From Thermoanaerobaculia bacterium (GTDB lineage Bacteria; Acidobacteriota; Thermoanaerobaculia; Multivoradales; UBA5704): DNA of 64,000 bases. The notes beneath the pieces were generated by a model, which worked only from the letters and a program-made list of their open reading frames with translations, did not search any database and was not told the origin of the DNA. The position numbers and the translations under genes are program-made. Shown here piece after piece: positions 44,578-53,207 of the stretch (position 1 is the first letter of the stretch; each line of letters starts with the position of its first letter). The stretch lies in assembly GCA_035544875.1 (NCBI GenBank), contig DASZZP010000038.1:192185-256184 (forward strand), given 5' to 3'.

Positions 44578-46233
44578 CTACCGCGGAGGCCTGACGGGAG
44601 CGGCTGATGCCGGGTCCGCTGAGGCCGCCGCCTTGTGCTCCGGAATGCCTTCGGCGATCGCGAACAGCTTCGAGCGGGAGGTGACGTAGAGCACGCCGTC
44701 GCGCGCCACCGGGGTGCTGAACACGGCGCTCCCCAGATTGATCTTGCTCAGCACTTCGAGCTGGCGGGCCGCCCGCAGCACCGCGACGTCGCCGTCCTCG
44801 TTGCCGATATAGACCTTGCCGTCGGCGAGGAGCGGCGAGCCCCAGATCGCGCCGTAGGAGTTGTAGACCCAGTACGGCTTGCCGGTCTGGGCGTCGAGGC
44901 AGTAGACGTAGCCCGAGAAATCGGCCGTGAACAGCAGTCCGTCGCGCACCGCAACCGTCGACAGGCTGCGATGGAAGTCCTCGCCGCCGCGTTGCCAGAC
45001 CACCGCCTTGCCGGTCAGGTCGCCCTCGCCGCGCGGCCGCAGCGCCCACAGGTGGCCGATGCCTTCGCCGTGTTCGGGGTCCTCGCCGACCGCGACGTAG
45101 ACCATGTCGCCGGCGATCACCGGCATCGCTAGGATGCCGTTGCGCGTCGAGCCGGGACCGATGGTGTAGACCGAGTCCTTGGGGTTGCAGTCGAAGCGCC
45201 AGATGACCTTGCCGGTCTTCGGCTCGAGGGCGTAGAGCCAGCCGTCGCCGCCGGCGAAGAGCACCTGCGGCTTGCCGTCGAGGACGCCATAGGAGGGGCT
45301 CGACCACTGCCCGTGCAGGATCTTCTCGCCCGGCAGCGAGCTCTGCCAGACGACCTTGCCGGTGTGCTTGTCGACGGCGAGGAAGCTGGGCGCCCGCGGC
45401 GCCGGGATGTTGATATGCCCTTCGTCGACGCCGTTGCCGGTGACCACGTAGACCAGGTCGTCGATGACCAGCGGGCTGCTCGCCGCTTGGTTGTGCGGGT
45501 AGACGCCGAGCTCGCCGATCATGTCGAGCTTCCAGACGAAATCGGCGTCGATCTCGCTGGTCTCGGTCTCGGCGGTGAAGGGGCCGTCGTTCTTGCCGTC
45601 GCGGAACCCCTCGGTGTCGGCGCACACCAGCTCGGCGCGGTTCGAGACGTAATAGAGCCGGTTGCCCTCGACCGCCGGCGTCGAGCAGATGCCTTGCAGC
45701 GGCCAGTCGTTGACCTTGCCCTGGCTCAGCTTGTCGTGTGCGGCCTGCCAGAGGAACTGGCCGTCGGCGGCGCGGAAAGCCATGATCACACCGCGGTCGC
45801 CGGTGATCTTCGGATTGCGCTTGCCCTGGTTGTTGGTGCCGACGAAGACCTTGCCGCCGGCCACCAGCGGCCCGCCATAGCTCTGCGACCCCAGGTCGGC
45901 GGCCCACTTGACATTGAGGCCGGTCGCGGGGTCCCAGCGGCTGGGCAGGTGGGTCGCGTCCGAGACCATGTTGCGCGCCGGAGTGCCGCCGTACATCGCC
46001 CGGTCGGCCGCGCCGCCCGGCGCCGATGCCGCCGGCAGTGCCTGCGCCGCCGCGGTTGCCGGCGCCGGCCGGGCCGCCGATCCGCCAGGCGGTGCCGGAG
46101 AAGCTGGCGCCGCTGCCGGCGCGGACGGCGCGGTCGGCGCTGTCGGAGACATGGGCGCCGGCTCGAGGCGGCCGGCGGCGAACAGCGCCGCGAGCGCCAG
46201 CAGCTGACCTTTACCGATCATCCTTGCCATCAC
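44578..46233 (-). CDS. Secreted PQQ-like beta-propeller repeat protein 3 (551 aa)
   Basis: Signal peptide MMARMIGKGQLLALAALFAAG, Pro/Ala-rich linker, then 8 propeller-blade repeats (...GQFLWQ, ...GKVVWQS, ...GKVIWRF, ...GKPYWVY). Confidence 0.75.
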   Translation of the reverse strand: MMARMIGKGQLLALAALFAAGRLEPAPMSPTAPTAPSAPAAAPASPAPPGGSAARPAPATAAAQALPAASAPGGAADRAMYGGTPARNMVSDATHLPSRWDPATGLNVKWAADLGSQSYGGPLVAGGKVFVGTNNQGKRNPKITGDRGVIMAFRAADGQFLWQAAHDKLSQGKVNDWPLQGICSTPAVEGNRLYYVSNRAELVCADTEGFRDGKNDGPFTAETETSEIDADFVWKLDMIGELGVYPHNQAASSPLVIDDLVYVVTGNGVDEGHINIPAPRAPSFLAVDKHTGKVVWQSSLPGEKILHGQWSSPSYGVLDGKPQVLFAGGDGWLYALEPKTGKVIWRFDCNPKDSVYTIGPGSTRNGILAMPVIAGDMVYVAVGEDPEHGEGIGHLWALRPRGEGDLTGKAVVWQRGGEDFHRSLSTVAVRDGLLFTADFSGYVYCLDAQTGKPYWVYNSYGAIWGSPLLADGKVYIGNEDGDVAVLRAARQLEVLSKINLGSAVFSTPVARDGVLYVTSRSKLFAIAEGIPEHKAAASADPASAAPVRPPR

Positions 46234-46237
46234 CGCG

Positions 46238-48484
46238 TCACCGGTTCCTTGTCACGCTCAGGTTGGTGAACAGGATCTCCGCCGGCGAGTAGCCGTAGAG
46301 TCCCGGGCTGCCGTTGCGCACCGGGCGCGGGTCGCGCGCGGTGACCGTCCAGCCGGCGGGCTCCGGCTCGCCGCGCGGCCACACCTTGCCGCGGATCAGC
46401 CCCTGGTCGCCTTGCACTTCGGCCCGCAGCTTCATCGTGTACCAGACGTCCGGCGTCCACTTGAAATCGACCTGCTCCATCAGCCGCAGCTCGGTGTCCC
46501 AGGCGCGCAGCTGCAGGCGCTGGCTCGCCCCCATCAGGTCGAGGACGTAGCCGCTGGCGATCAGCCCCATGTCCGGCAGCACCTGGCCGGCCTGGGTGCC
46601 GAGCAGGTCGGCCTGCACCGTGTAGTCGCGCAGCGTCGGCGGGCCGATATAGGTGTTCGCGCGGTGGAGGCCGCGCGGCGCCGGGGGCTTGGCCAGGACC
46701 CTGCCGTAACGGGTCTCCTTGACCACGAACTTGCCGGGAGCGCCCACCCAGCCGGGCGGCGAGCTGGGCGCCAGCGCCGCGAAGTCCTCTTTCCAGGGGA
46801 GATCGGGCACCACGCGCACCCGCGCCTTGGCGGCGAGCTCGCCCCAGCGTGCGTTGATCTCTCCGGTCTGGAATCCGCGGCCGGGGTCGGCGACAAACGT
46901 GCCGTCCGCGTCGAGGCGGCCGGCCAGCCCCGCCAGCGACCAGCTCACTGCTGAGGACGCTCCGGGCGGCGGCGCCACCGCCAGGCCCTGCTCGTCGAAG
47001 GCCACGCCGCGGAAGCGCGCCGGCTCGCCCGGCCGGATCAGCACCTCGGCAGGCACCACCTGCAGCAGGCGCGCGCCCCCGGCGGCCGGCGTGCCCGCCC
47101 CGGCCGCCCTGCCTGCCGGCTCGGCCGCGCTCTCGGCCCGCAGCGGCTGCGACTTTTCGCCCAGGCAGTAGAGCCCGCTCTCGGCGGCGAAGTAGATCCG
47201 CCCGTAGGCCACCGCCGGCGAGCCGTAGATCTCGGCGAAGCGGCTGCCGTCGGCGGTGCGCAGGCGCTGCTCGTCGAGCACCTCCACGCTGCCGCGGCTG
47301 GGCTTCAGGATGTCGAACCGGCCGTTGACCTCGGCGACGTAGAGCTTGCCGTCGGCCCACACCGGCGACGCCTTGCCGATGGTGCCGAGCTTGTGCCTCC
47401 AGAGGATCTTGCCGGTCGTTGCGTCGAGGGCGGCGAGGGCGGCCGCGTTGTCCACGACGTAGAGCAGCCCGTCGTGGTAGAGCGGCGACGGGAAGCCCGA
47501 CACCACCTCGTCATTGCGCCAGAGCTCGTGCGTGCGCGTCACGTCGCCGGTGCCGGTGGCGTCGATCGCTACCACCCTGCCCTGCAGCCCGGTGTCGAGG
47601 TTCTCCTCGCCGTGGGCGGCGAAGACCACCTTGTCGTGCACGACCACCGTGTTGTTGAACGCGCCCTTGCTCAGGTGAAAGCTCCAGACCTTCTCGCCGG
47701 TGCGCGCCTTGAGCGCGTAGATCCAGCCGTCGCCCTGACCTTCGATGAGCAGCCGCTGGCCGCCGATCTCGGCCACCACCGGCGTCGTCTGGATGTTGAA
47801 ATCCTGCGGCAGCTCGCCGGGGGTCGACACCCAGCGCAGCTCGCCGGTGCGCTTGTCAAAGGCGAAGACGCGGTGGCGGGGGGGACCCTGGTCGCCCCAG
47901 CCGGCGTTGACGAAGCTGACGATCAGCCGGTCCTCGTCCACCAGCGGCGAGTGCGTGCGGCCGCCGACCCCGGAGATGAGTCCGAACTCCTCGGTCAGCG
48001 ACCGCCACCACGCGATCTTGCCGTCGCGGTCGAAGCAATACAGCAGCCCGCCGACGCCGAGCGCGTAGACGTTGCCGGTCTCGCGGTCGGCAGCCAGGCT
48101 GCCCCAGCCGACGCGGCTGAACGGCACCGCCGTGAGATAAACGTCGAGAAAACGCTCCCAGAGCTTGCGGCCGCTGGCCGCGTCGAAGCAGGCCACGCTC
48201 TCCTGGCGAGTTGGACCGTTGCCGACGCGGCCGTTGGCACAGACCCGGCCGCCGACCACCACCGGCGTCGAGCGGCCGCTCAGATCGGCCCGCCAGACCA
48301 GGTTCTCGCCCGCGGGGCTCCACTTCGAGATCAGCTGGACGTCGCTCGCGACGCCGTTCTGCTGCGGCCCGCGCCAGGAAGGCCAGTCAGCCCGGACGCG
48401 CCGTGCCCCGAGCCCGCCCGCCAGCAGGATGCATCCCAACCCGATCAGCAAGCGCCGCCACGGCATCGCTCTCGCTCCATTCAT
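46238..48484 (-). CDS. Secreted PQQ-like beta-propeller repeat protein 4 with an extra ~300-aa C-terminal domain
   Basis: Signal peptide MNGARAMPWRRLLIGLGCILLAGG, propeller repeats (...GRKLWER, ...GELRWVS, ...GEKVWSF, ...GKILWRH), then a non-propeller domain of unknown family. Start assigned to the ATG at 48484 (RBS GGTGAGGA). Confidence 0.7.
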   Translation of the reverse strand: MNGARAMPWRRLLIGLGCILLAGGLGARRVRADWPSWRGPQQNGVASDVQLISKWSPAGENLVWRADLSGRSTPVVVGGRVCANGRVGNGPTRQESVACFDAASGRKLWERFLDVYLTAVPFSRVGWGSLAADRETGNVYALGVGGLLYCFDRDGKIAWWRSLTEEFGLISGVGGRTHSPLVDEDRLIVSFVNAGWGDQGPPRHRVFAFDKRTGELRWVSTPGELPQDFNIQTTPVVAEIGGQRLLIEGQGDGWIYALKARTGEKVWSFHLSKGAFNNTVVVHDKVVFAAHGEENLDTGLQGRVVAIDATGTGDVTRTHELWRNDEVVSGFPSPLYHDGLLYVVDNAAALAALDATTGKILWRHKLGTIGKASPVWADGKLYVAEVNGRFDILKPSRGSVEVLDEQRLRTADGSRFAEIYGSPAVAYGRIYFAAESGLYCLGEKSQPLRAESAAEPAGRAAGAGTPAAGGARLLQVVPAEVLIRPGEPARFRGVAFDEQGLAVAPPPGASSAVSWSLAGLAGRLDADGTFVADPGRGFQTGEINARWGELAAKARVRVVPDLPWKEDFAALAPSSPPGWVGAPGKFVVKETRYGRVLAKPPAPRGLHRANTYIGPPTLRDYTVQADLLGTQAGQVLPDMGLIASGYVLDLMGASQRLQLRAWDTELRLMEQVDFKWTPDVWYTMKLRAEVQGDQGLIRGKVWPRGEPEPAGWTVTARDPRPVRNGSPGLYGYSPAEILFTNLSVTRNR

Positions 48485-48513
48485 CGTTCGAGTCCTCACC
48501 GCCAGTGCTGATC

Positions 48514-48778
48514 CCGAGGGATGAACGGCACTGCGATGCGGCAGTGGAGGCCTACTCGAAGCATCCATCGGATCGCCACCCGCATCCCCCGCGAGTCCCC
48601 TTCCCGGTTGTCGGAAGCCGCCGGGTCCCGACCTCCGGGAAGTGCCGCACGTCCATCACCGGACGTGCGGCCGACTTCCGAGGAGTGCCGCCCGGCCATA
48701 GCCGGACGGGCGGCCTGCCCGGGGGCGCCGGGGGGGAAGGGGACGCCCCCTCCCCCTCACAGCGGGGAGTTTCGTCTT
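48514..48778. repeat. Copy A of a ~150-nt repeated intergenic element carrying a nested REP pair
   Basis: Shares the ccgagggatgaaNggcNctgcgatNNggcNgtggaggcctactcgaagcatcNatcgg...ccccttccc core, a G-rich palindrome (gggggaaggggacgccccctcccc) and a tcgtctt tail with 63045..63192. A REP pair (48630..48715) is inserted between the core and the palindrome. Confidence 0.65.
48630..48715. repeat. Tandem pair of 43-nt REP-like palindromic elements (second locus, nested inside the larger repeat)
   Basis: gacctccgggaagtgccgcacgtccatcaccggacgtgcggcc followed by a diverged unit whose changes largely preserve the stem, though the right arm has one mismatch (ggacgggcggc where ggccgggcggc is needed). Confidence 0.7.
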
Positions 48779-49042
48779 ACCGCACGCCGCGCCATCCTGC
48801 CTCCCCCGGCGCACGCCAGCCTGCGGCTGAGCATACATCGACCTGCCGGAATCGGCTATCACCCTCCCCCTTCAGCAATGGTGTTGAAGGAAGCGCTGCC
48901 AAGAATGTCCTCCCCTGGCACTGGGTCATTCTAAAGTGACCCCGTACCCCTCCCCCTGCAGCGCGACCACGAGCGCGTAGACTGCTGGTTTCGGACTCAC
49001 CGGCGATTCAGCCGGCCGGAAGCTGGGTGAGGAGGATTCCCG

Positions 49043-49837
49043 ATGCGCATGCGTCTCGGAAGCTGGCTCATGATCGCGGCGGTGGCGGCCGGCGGGGTGG
49101 TGATCGGTCGGGTGTCCAGAGGCGCCCAACCGGGCGCCGGCGAGATGGCCGTCCGTTTGGCGCAAGAGATGGCTGTCTCGGCCTCGCGCCGGGACGCCGC
49201 CAGCAACGGCAAGCTCATCCCGCAAACCGATCGGGTGGTCTATGTGAGCAACGGCAATCCAGTCACCGGACGGCAGTATGTCGAGACCCTGGGCAAGTAC
49301 TACGCGTCGCTCAAGACGCTCGACTTCCGCTGGGACCGATGGGAGGCTTCGCCGCTGGGCGACAGCGCGGCGGTCTTCACCGGCTGGGCCACCGCCAAGA
49401 CCGTGGACCAGATGGGTAAGACCGAAGCGGGCCGAGCGCTCTTCACCATGGTCTTCGCGCGCGACGCCACCGGTTGGAAGCGGGTGATCGCTCAGAAGTG
49501 GCAGGCCCAGGTGCCGAAGGTGAGCGCTGCCTGGGCCGTCGCGCCGTCGCGCAGCGTGCCGCCTGACAGCCCGATCGCGGTCCACTTCAGCCCGGCGGTG
49601 AATGCTTCCGGCTCAGCCTTCAAGCTGGAGTGTCCGGCTGGCTCTCCGATCCCCGCGACCGCGACGCCCGAGACGCCAGGCGATGGCACGTCATTCTTGG
49701 TACGCGCGGACCACGGCCTTCCGGCGGGCGCCAATTGCCTGCTCACGGTGGCGGCGCCGCAGATCTCCGACGACCACTTCGGCCAGCCGATGGCCGAGGA
49801 CTATCGGTTCACCTTCACCGTAGCGGCCGCATCGTGA
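49043..49837 (+). CDS. Secreted SnoaL/NTF2-like (DUF4440-type) domain protein with C-terminal beta-rich domain
   Basis: GTGAGGAGG RBS, signal/anchor MRMRLGSWLMIAAVAAGGVVIG. ...YVSNGNPVTGRQYVETLGKYYASLKTLDFRWDRWEA...FTMVFARDATGWKRVIAQKW (NTF2-like fold signature). Confidence 0.55.
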   Translation: MRMRLGSWLMIAAVAAGGVVIGRVSRGAQPGAGEMAVRLAQEMAVSASRRDAASNGKLIPQTDRVVYVSNGNPVTGRQYVETLGKYYASLKTLDFRWDRWEASPLGDSAAVFTGWATAKTVDQMGKTEAGRALFTMVFARDATGWKRVIAQKWQAQVPKVSAAWAVAPSRSVPPDSPIAVHFSPAVNASGSAFKLECPAGSPIPATATPETPGDGTSFLVRADHGLPAGANCLLTVAAPQISDDHFGQPMAEDYRFTFTVAAAS

Positions 49838-49926
49838 AGCTCGCCCTTTTCGTCTATGCTGCTGCAATAGCTCCGGCACCTTGCCCCGATCACGCATCGT
49901 TGCCAGCCCAGCGGAGGGAGCCGACC

Positions 49927-50979
49927 ATGAGAAAAGAAATCGGAATCGGAACCATTGCGCTTCTGGTCGCCACGGCGGCCGCCACCCTGGCCGCCGGCAA
50001 CGTCAAGACCGCGGACGAGGCACCCAGGGTGCGGGTGTTCGAGCTGTCTTACAAGGCGGTCGTGCGAGAGCTTCCGGCAGAGGCCGGCAAGATCGACATC
50101 TGGCTGCCGTATCCGCAGAGCGACGACACGCAGCAGGTGGAGGTGACGGCAGTCTCCTCGCCCTACCCCAAGGAGATCCGCAAGGAGTCGAAGCTCGGCA
50201 ACGGGGTCCTGCACATTGCAGCCGAACACCCAGGGCGGACCGAGATCGAGATCAGCATGATCGCGCGGGTCACGAGGAGCGAGCGTATCCGCCGGGCCTT
50301 CGGCACGGCGCGGGATCACTGGCAGGGACACCTCGACCCGGCGGTGGCGCCCTGGCTCGAGCCCGACCGGCTGGTGCCGCTCGACGAGCGTATCCGCGGC
50401 CTCGCCCGCGAGGTGACCGCGGGCAAGAAGACCGACCTCGAGAAGGCGCGAGCGATCTACGACTACGTCGTCGCGACGATGAGCTATGACAAGTCAGGCA
50501 CCGGCTGGGGCAAGGGCGACATCTACTGGGCGTGCGACGCCAAGCGGGGCAACTGCACCGATTTTCACGCCCTATTCACCGGGCTAGCCCGGGCGTCGGG
50601 GATCCCGGCCAAGTTCGAGATCGGCTTTCCGATTCCGCCCGAGCGCGGAGAAGGCAAGATCGGCGGCTATCACTGCTGGTCGCAGTTCTATCTCGACGGC
50701 TACGGCTGGGTGCCGGTCGACGCTTCCGAAGCCTGGAAGCACAAGGAGAAGAAGGAGTACTTCTTCGGCGCCCTCGACGAGGACCGCGTCAAGTTCTCCG
50801 AGGGCAGGGACCTGGTCCTCGAGCCGCCGCAGAAAGGCCAGCCGCTGAACTACTTCGTCTATCCCTATGTCGAAGTGGACGGCAAGCCCCACACGCCGGT
50901 GGAGCTGACATTCACCTATCGCGACCGTCCACCCCAGCCAGCGGTCAGTGCGCCCGCGGCGAGCTCCGGCAGGCGGTAA
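49927..50979 (+). CDS. Transglutaminase-like cysteine protease-fold protein
   Basis: Cys-His-Asp triad context: KRGNCTDFHALFTGLARASGIPAKF ... GYHCWSQFYLDGYGWVPVDASE. GGAGGGA RBS before ATG 49927. Confidence 0.8.
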   Translation: MRKEIGIGTIALLVATAAATLAAGNVKTADEAPRVRVFELSYKAVVRELPAEAGKIDIWLPYPQSDDTQQVEVTAVSSPYPKEIRKESKLGNGVLHIAAEHPGRTEIEISMIARVTRSERIRRAFGTARDHWQGHLDPAVAPWLEPDRLVPLDERIRGLAREVTAGKKTDLEKARAIYDYVVATMSYDKSGTGWGKGDIYWACDAKRGNCTDFHALFTGLARASGIPAKFEIGFPIPPERGEGKIGGYHCWSQFYLDGYGWVPVDASEAWKHKEKKEYFFGALDEDRVKFSEGRDLVLEPPQKGQPLNYFVYPYVEVDGKPHTPVELTFTYRDRPPQPAVSAPAASSGRR

Positions 50980-50986
50980 GTAGCGT

Positions 50987-51143
50987 CTAAGACTGAGTTG
51001 GTGGTGCGGGGGAAGAGAGCCAGTCTCCAATCTCAAACTCTTCCTCGAGCAGAGTGACATTCGTACCCTGCTTGTAGCTCTGGTAGTACTTTCCTCGAAC
51101 CGCATTCGAAAAGTCATACTCAGGCTGCAGATCGTCGTCGTCT

Positions 51144-51160
<17 letters not shown>
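50987..51160 (-). CDS. Small BrnA/DUF4415-like putative antitoxin (57 aa)
   Basis: MSQEPEDDDDLQPEYDFSNAVRGKYY... (the DFS.A.RGK motif seen in BrnA-type antitoxins). Lies directly downstream of, and overlapping, the brnT-like reading frame. Low-GC patch. Confidence 0.4.
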
Positions 51161-51460
<300 letters not shown>

Positions 51461-52501
51461 TCAGCCAGCCACGCGCCCGAGCTCGAGCAGCACGGCACCG
51501 GTGACATCTTCGGTGCGAGCGCTGCCGCCCAGATCGGGGGTGCGATGGTTGGCGAGGGCGGCGGTCACCGCGCGCTCGACCCGCTCGCCGAGGTCGGCCC
51601 TGCCCAGAGCGTGGGTCAGGAGGAGGGCGGCGGTCAGGATGGCCCCGGTGGGATTGGCGGTGCCGCGGCCGGCGAGGTCGGGCGCGGAGCCGTGCACCGG
51701 CTCGAAAAGGCCGGGCCCCGGCCCCAGCGAGGCGGAAGGGAGGACGCCGATCGAGCCCGCGAGAGCGGCGGCTTCGTCGCTCAGGATGTCGCCGAACAGG
51801 TTCTCGGTCAGCAGCACGTCGAAGCGCCGCGGGTTGCGCAACAGCTCGAAGCTCGCGGCGTCGACGTACAGGTGCTCCAAGGTCACCTCGGGGAAGTCGC
51901 GGCCGACCTCGGTCACCACCCGCCGCCAGAGCCGCGACGCCTCGAGCACGTTGGCCTTGTCGACCGAGGCGACGCGGCGCCGCCGGCCGCGGGCGAGGCT
52001 GAACGCCACCTTCGCCACTGCCCGCACCTCGGCCGCCGTCTGCCGCCAGCTGTTCCATGCCTCCTCGGCGTTGGCGCCGCGCGGCTCGCCGAAGTAGACG
52101 CCGCCCTGGAGCTCGCGCACCACCAGCAGGTCGGCGCCGCGCGCCAGCTCGGGGCGCAGCGGCGTCGGCAGCCCCAGATCGCGCGCCGGCCGCAGGTTGG
52201 CGTAGACCCCGAGCGCGCGGCGCAGGCCGAGCAGCCCCTCCTCCGGCCGCCGCGGCGCCCCGTCCCAGCGCGGCCCGCCCACCGCCCCCAGGAAGACGGC
52301 GTCGCAGCCGGCGCACAGCTCGAGCGTCGCCCGCGGCAGGGGCTCGCCGGCCGCGTCGATCGCCGCGCCGCCGATCAGGCCGCGCCGCAGCCGCCGCACC
52401 GCCGACGGCATCACGGCGCCCAGCACCGACAGCGCCGCTTCCGTCACCTCCGGTCCGATGCCGTCGCCCGGCAGGATCGCCAGGATCGGCCCGCCGCTCA
52501 C
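51461..52501 (-). CDS. leuB: 3-isopropylmalate dehydrogenase
   Basis: ILAILPGDGIGPEV...ANLRP...DLLVVRELQGGVYFG...NLFGDILSDEAAALAGSIGVLPSASL (LeuB/IDH family). GTG start overlaps the leuD stop (GTGA). Confidence 0.9.
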   Translation of the reverse strand: MSGGPILAILPGDGIGPEVTEAALSVLGAVMPSAVRRLRRGLIGGAAIDAAGEPLPRATLELCAGCDAVFLGAVGGPRWDGAPRRPEEGLLGLRRALGVYANLRPARDLGLPTPLRPELARGADLLVVRELQGGVYFGEPRGANAEEAWNSWRQTAAEVRAVAKVAFSLARGRRRRVASVDKANVLEASRLWRRVVTEVGRDFPEVTLEHLYVDAASFELLRNPRRFDVLLTENLFGDILSDEAAALAGSIGVLPSASLGPGPGLFEPVHGSAPDLAGRGTANPTGAILTAALLLTHALGRADLGERVERAVTAALANHRTPDLGGSARTEDVTGAVLLELGRVAG

Positions 52502-53130
52502 CGCTCCGCCGCCGGCCCCGCGGCCGGATCTCCGGCCCCCCTTCGCTCCGCCTCGAAGGCAGCGATCGCCGCCTCTTGGCCGAGCAGGAACTCGAGCTCG
52601 TCGAGCCCCGACAGCAGGCAGTGGCGGGCGAAGCTATCGATCGCGAAGGCGGCCGGCGCGCCGCCGCCGAGGGTGAGGGTCTGCGCCGCCAGATCGAGCG
52701 TCACCTCGCCGCCGGGCTCGGCGAGCAGGCGGGCATGGGCCGCGGCATCCACCTCGACCGCCAGCAGACCGTTCTGGAGGGCGTTGCGGCGGAAGATGTC
52801 GGCCAGCGATCGGGCGAGCACCGCGGCGAAGCCGAAGTCCTGCAGCGCCCAGACCGCGTGCTCCCGCGACGAGCCGCAGCCGAAGTTGCGCCCGGCGATC
52901 AGGATGCGCGCCCCGGCCGCCCCCGGCTGGTCGAGCGGCGAGTCGGGGCGCGGCCCGCCCTGGGCGTCGTAGCGCCAGTCGGCAAAGAGCTTCGTCCCCA
53001 GCCCGTCGCGGGTGGTGACCGTCAGGAAGCGGGCCGGGATGATCTGATCGGTATCCACGTTGTCGGCCGCCAGCACCAGGGTGCGCGAGCGCAGGGTGTG
53101 GAGCGGCTCGCGCCGCACGATTGATTGCAT
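52498..53130 (-). CDS. leuD: 3-isopropylmalate dehydratase small subunit
   Basis: ...VLAADNVDTDQIIPARFL...ILIAGRNFGCGSSREHAVWALQDFGF... (aconitase swivel domain). Confidence 0.9.
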   Translation of the reverse strand: MQSIVRREPLHTLRSRTLVLAADNVDTDQIIPARFLTVTTRDGLGTKLFADWRYDAQGGPRPDSPLDQPGAAGARILIAGRNFGCGSSREHAVWALQDFGFAAVLARSLADIFRRNALQNGLLAVEVDAAAHARLLAEPGGEVTLDLAAQTLTLGGGAPAAFAIDSFARHCLLSGLDELEFLLGQEAAIAAFEAERRGAGDPAAGPAAER

Positions 53131-53207
53131 GCCGCGGGTCCCAACCCGCGGCGAGGGTTGGATGCCGCGGGTCCCATCCCGCGGCGAGGGTTGGATGCGG
53201 TCCGCGC
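53131..53207. repeat. Tandem 33-nt palindromic repeat filling the leuC-leuD intergenic spacer
   Basis: gccgcgggtcccaacccgcggcgagggttggat appears twice plus a partial copy. Each unit contains the hairpin ccgcggg-N6-cccgcgg. Confidence 0.7.
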
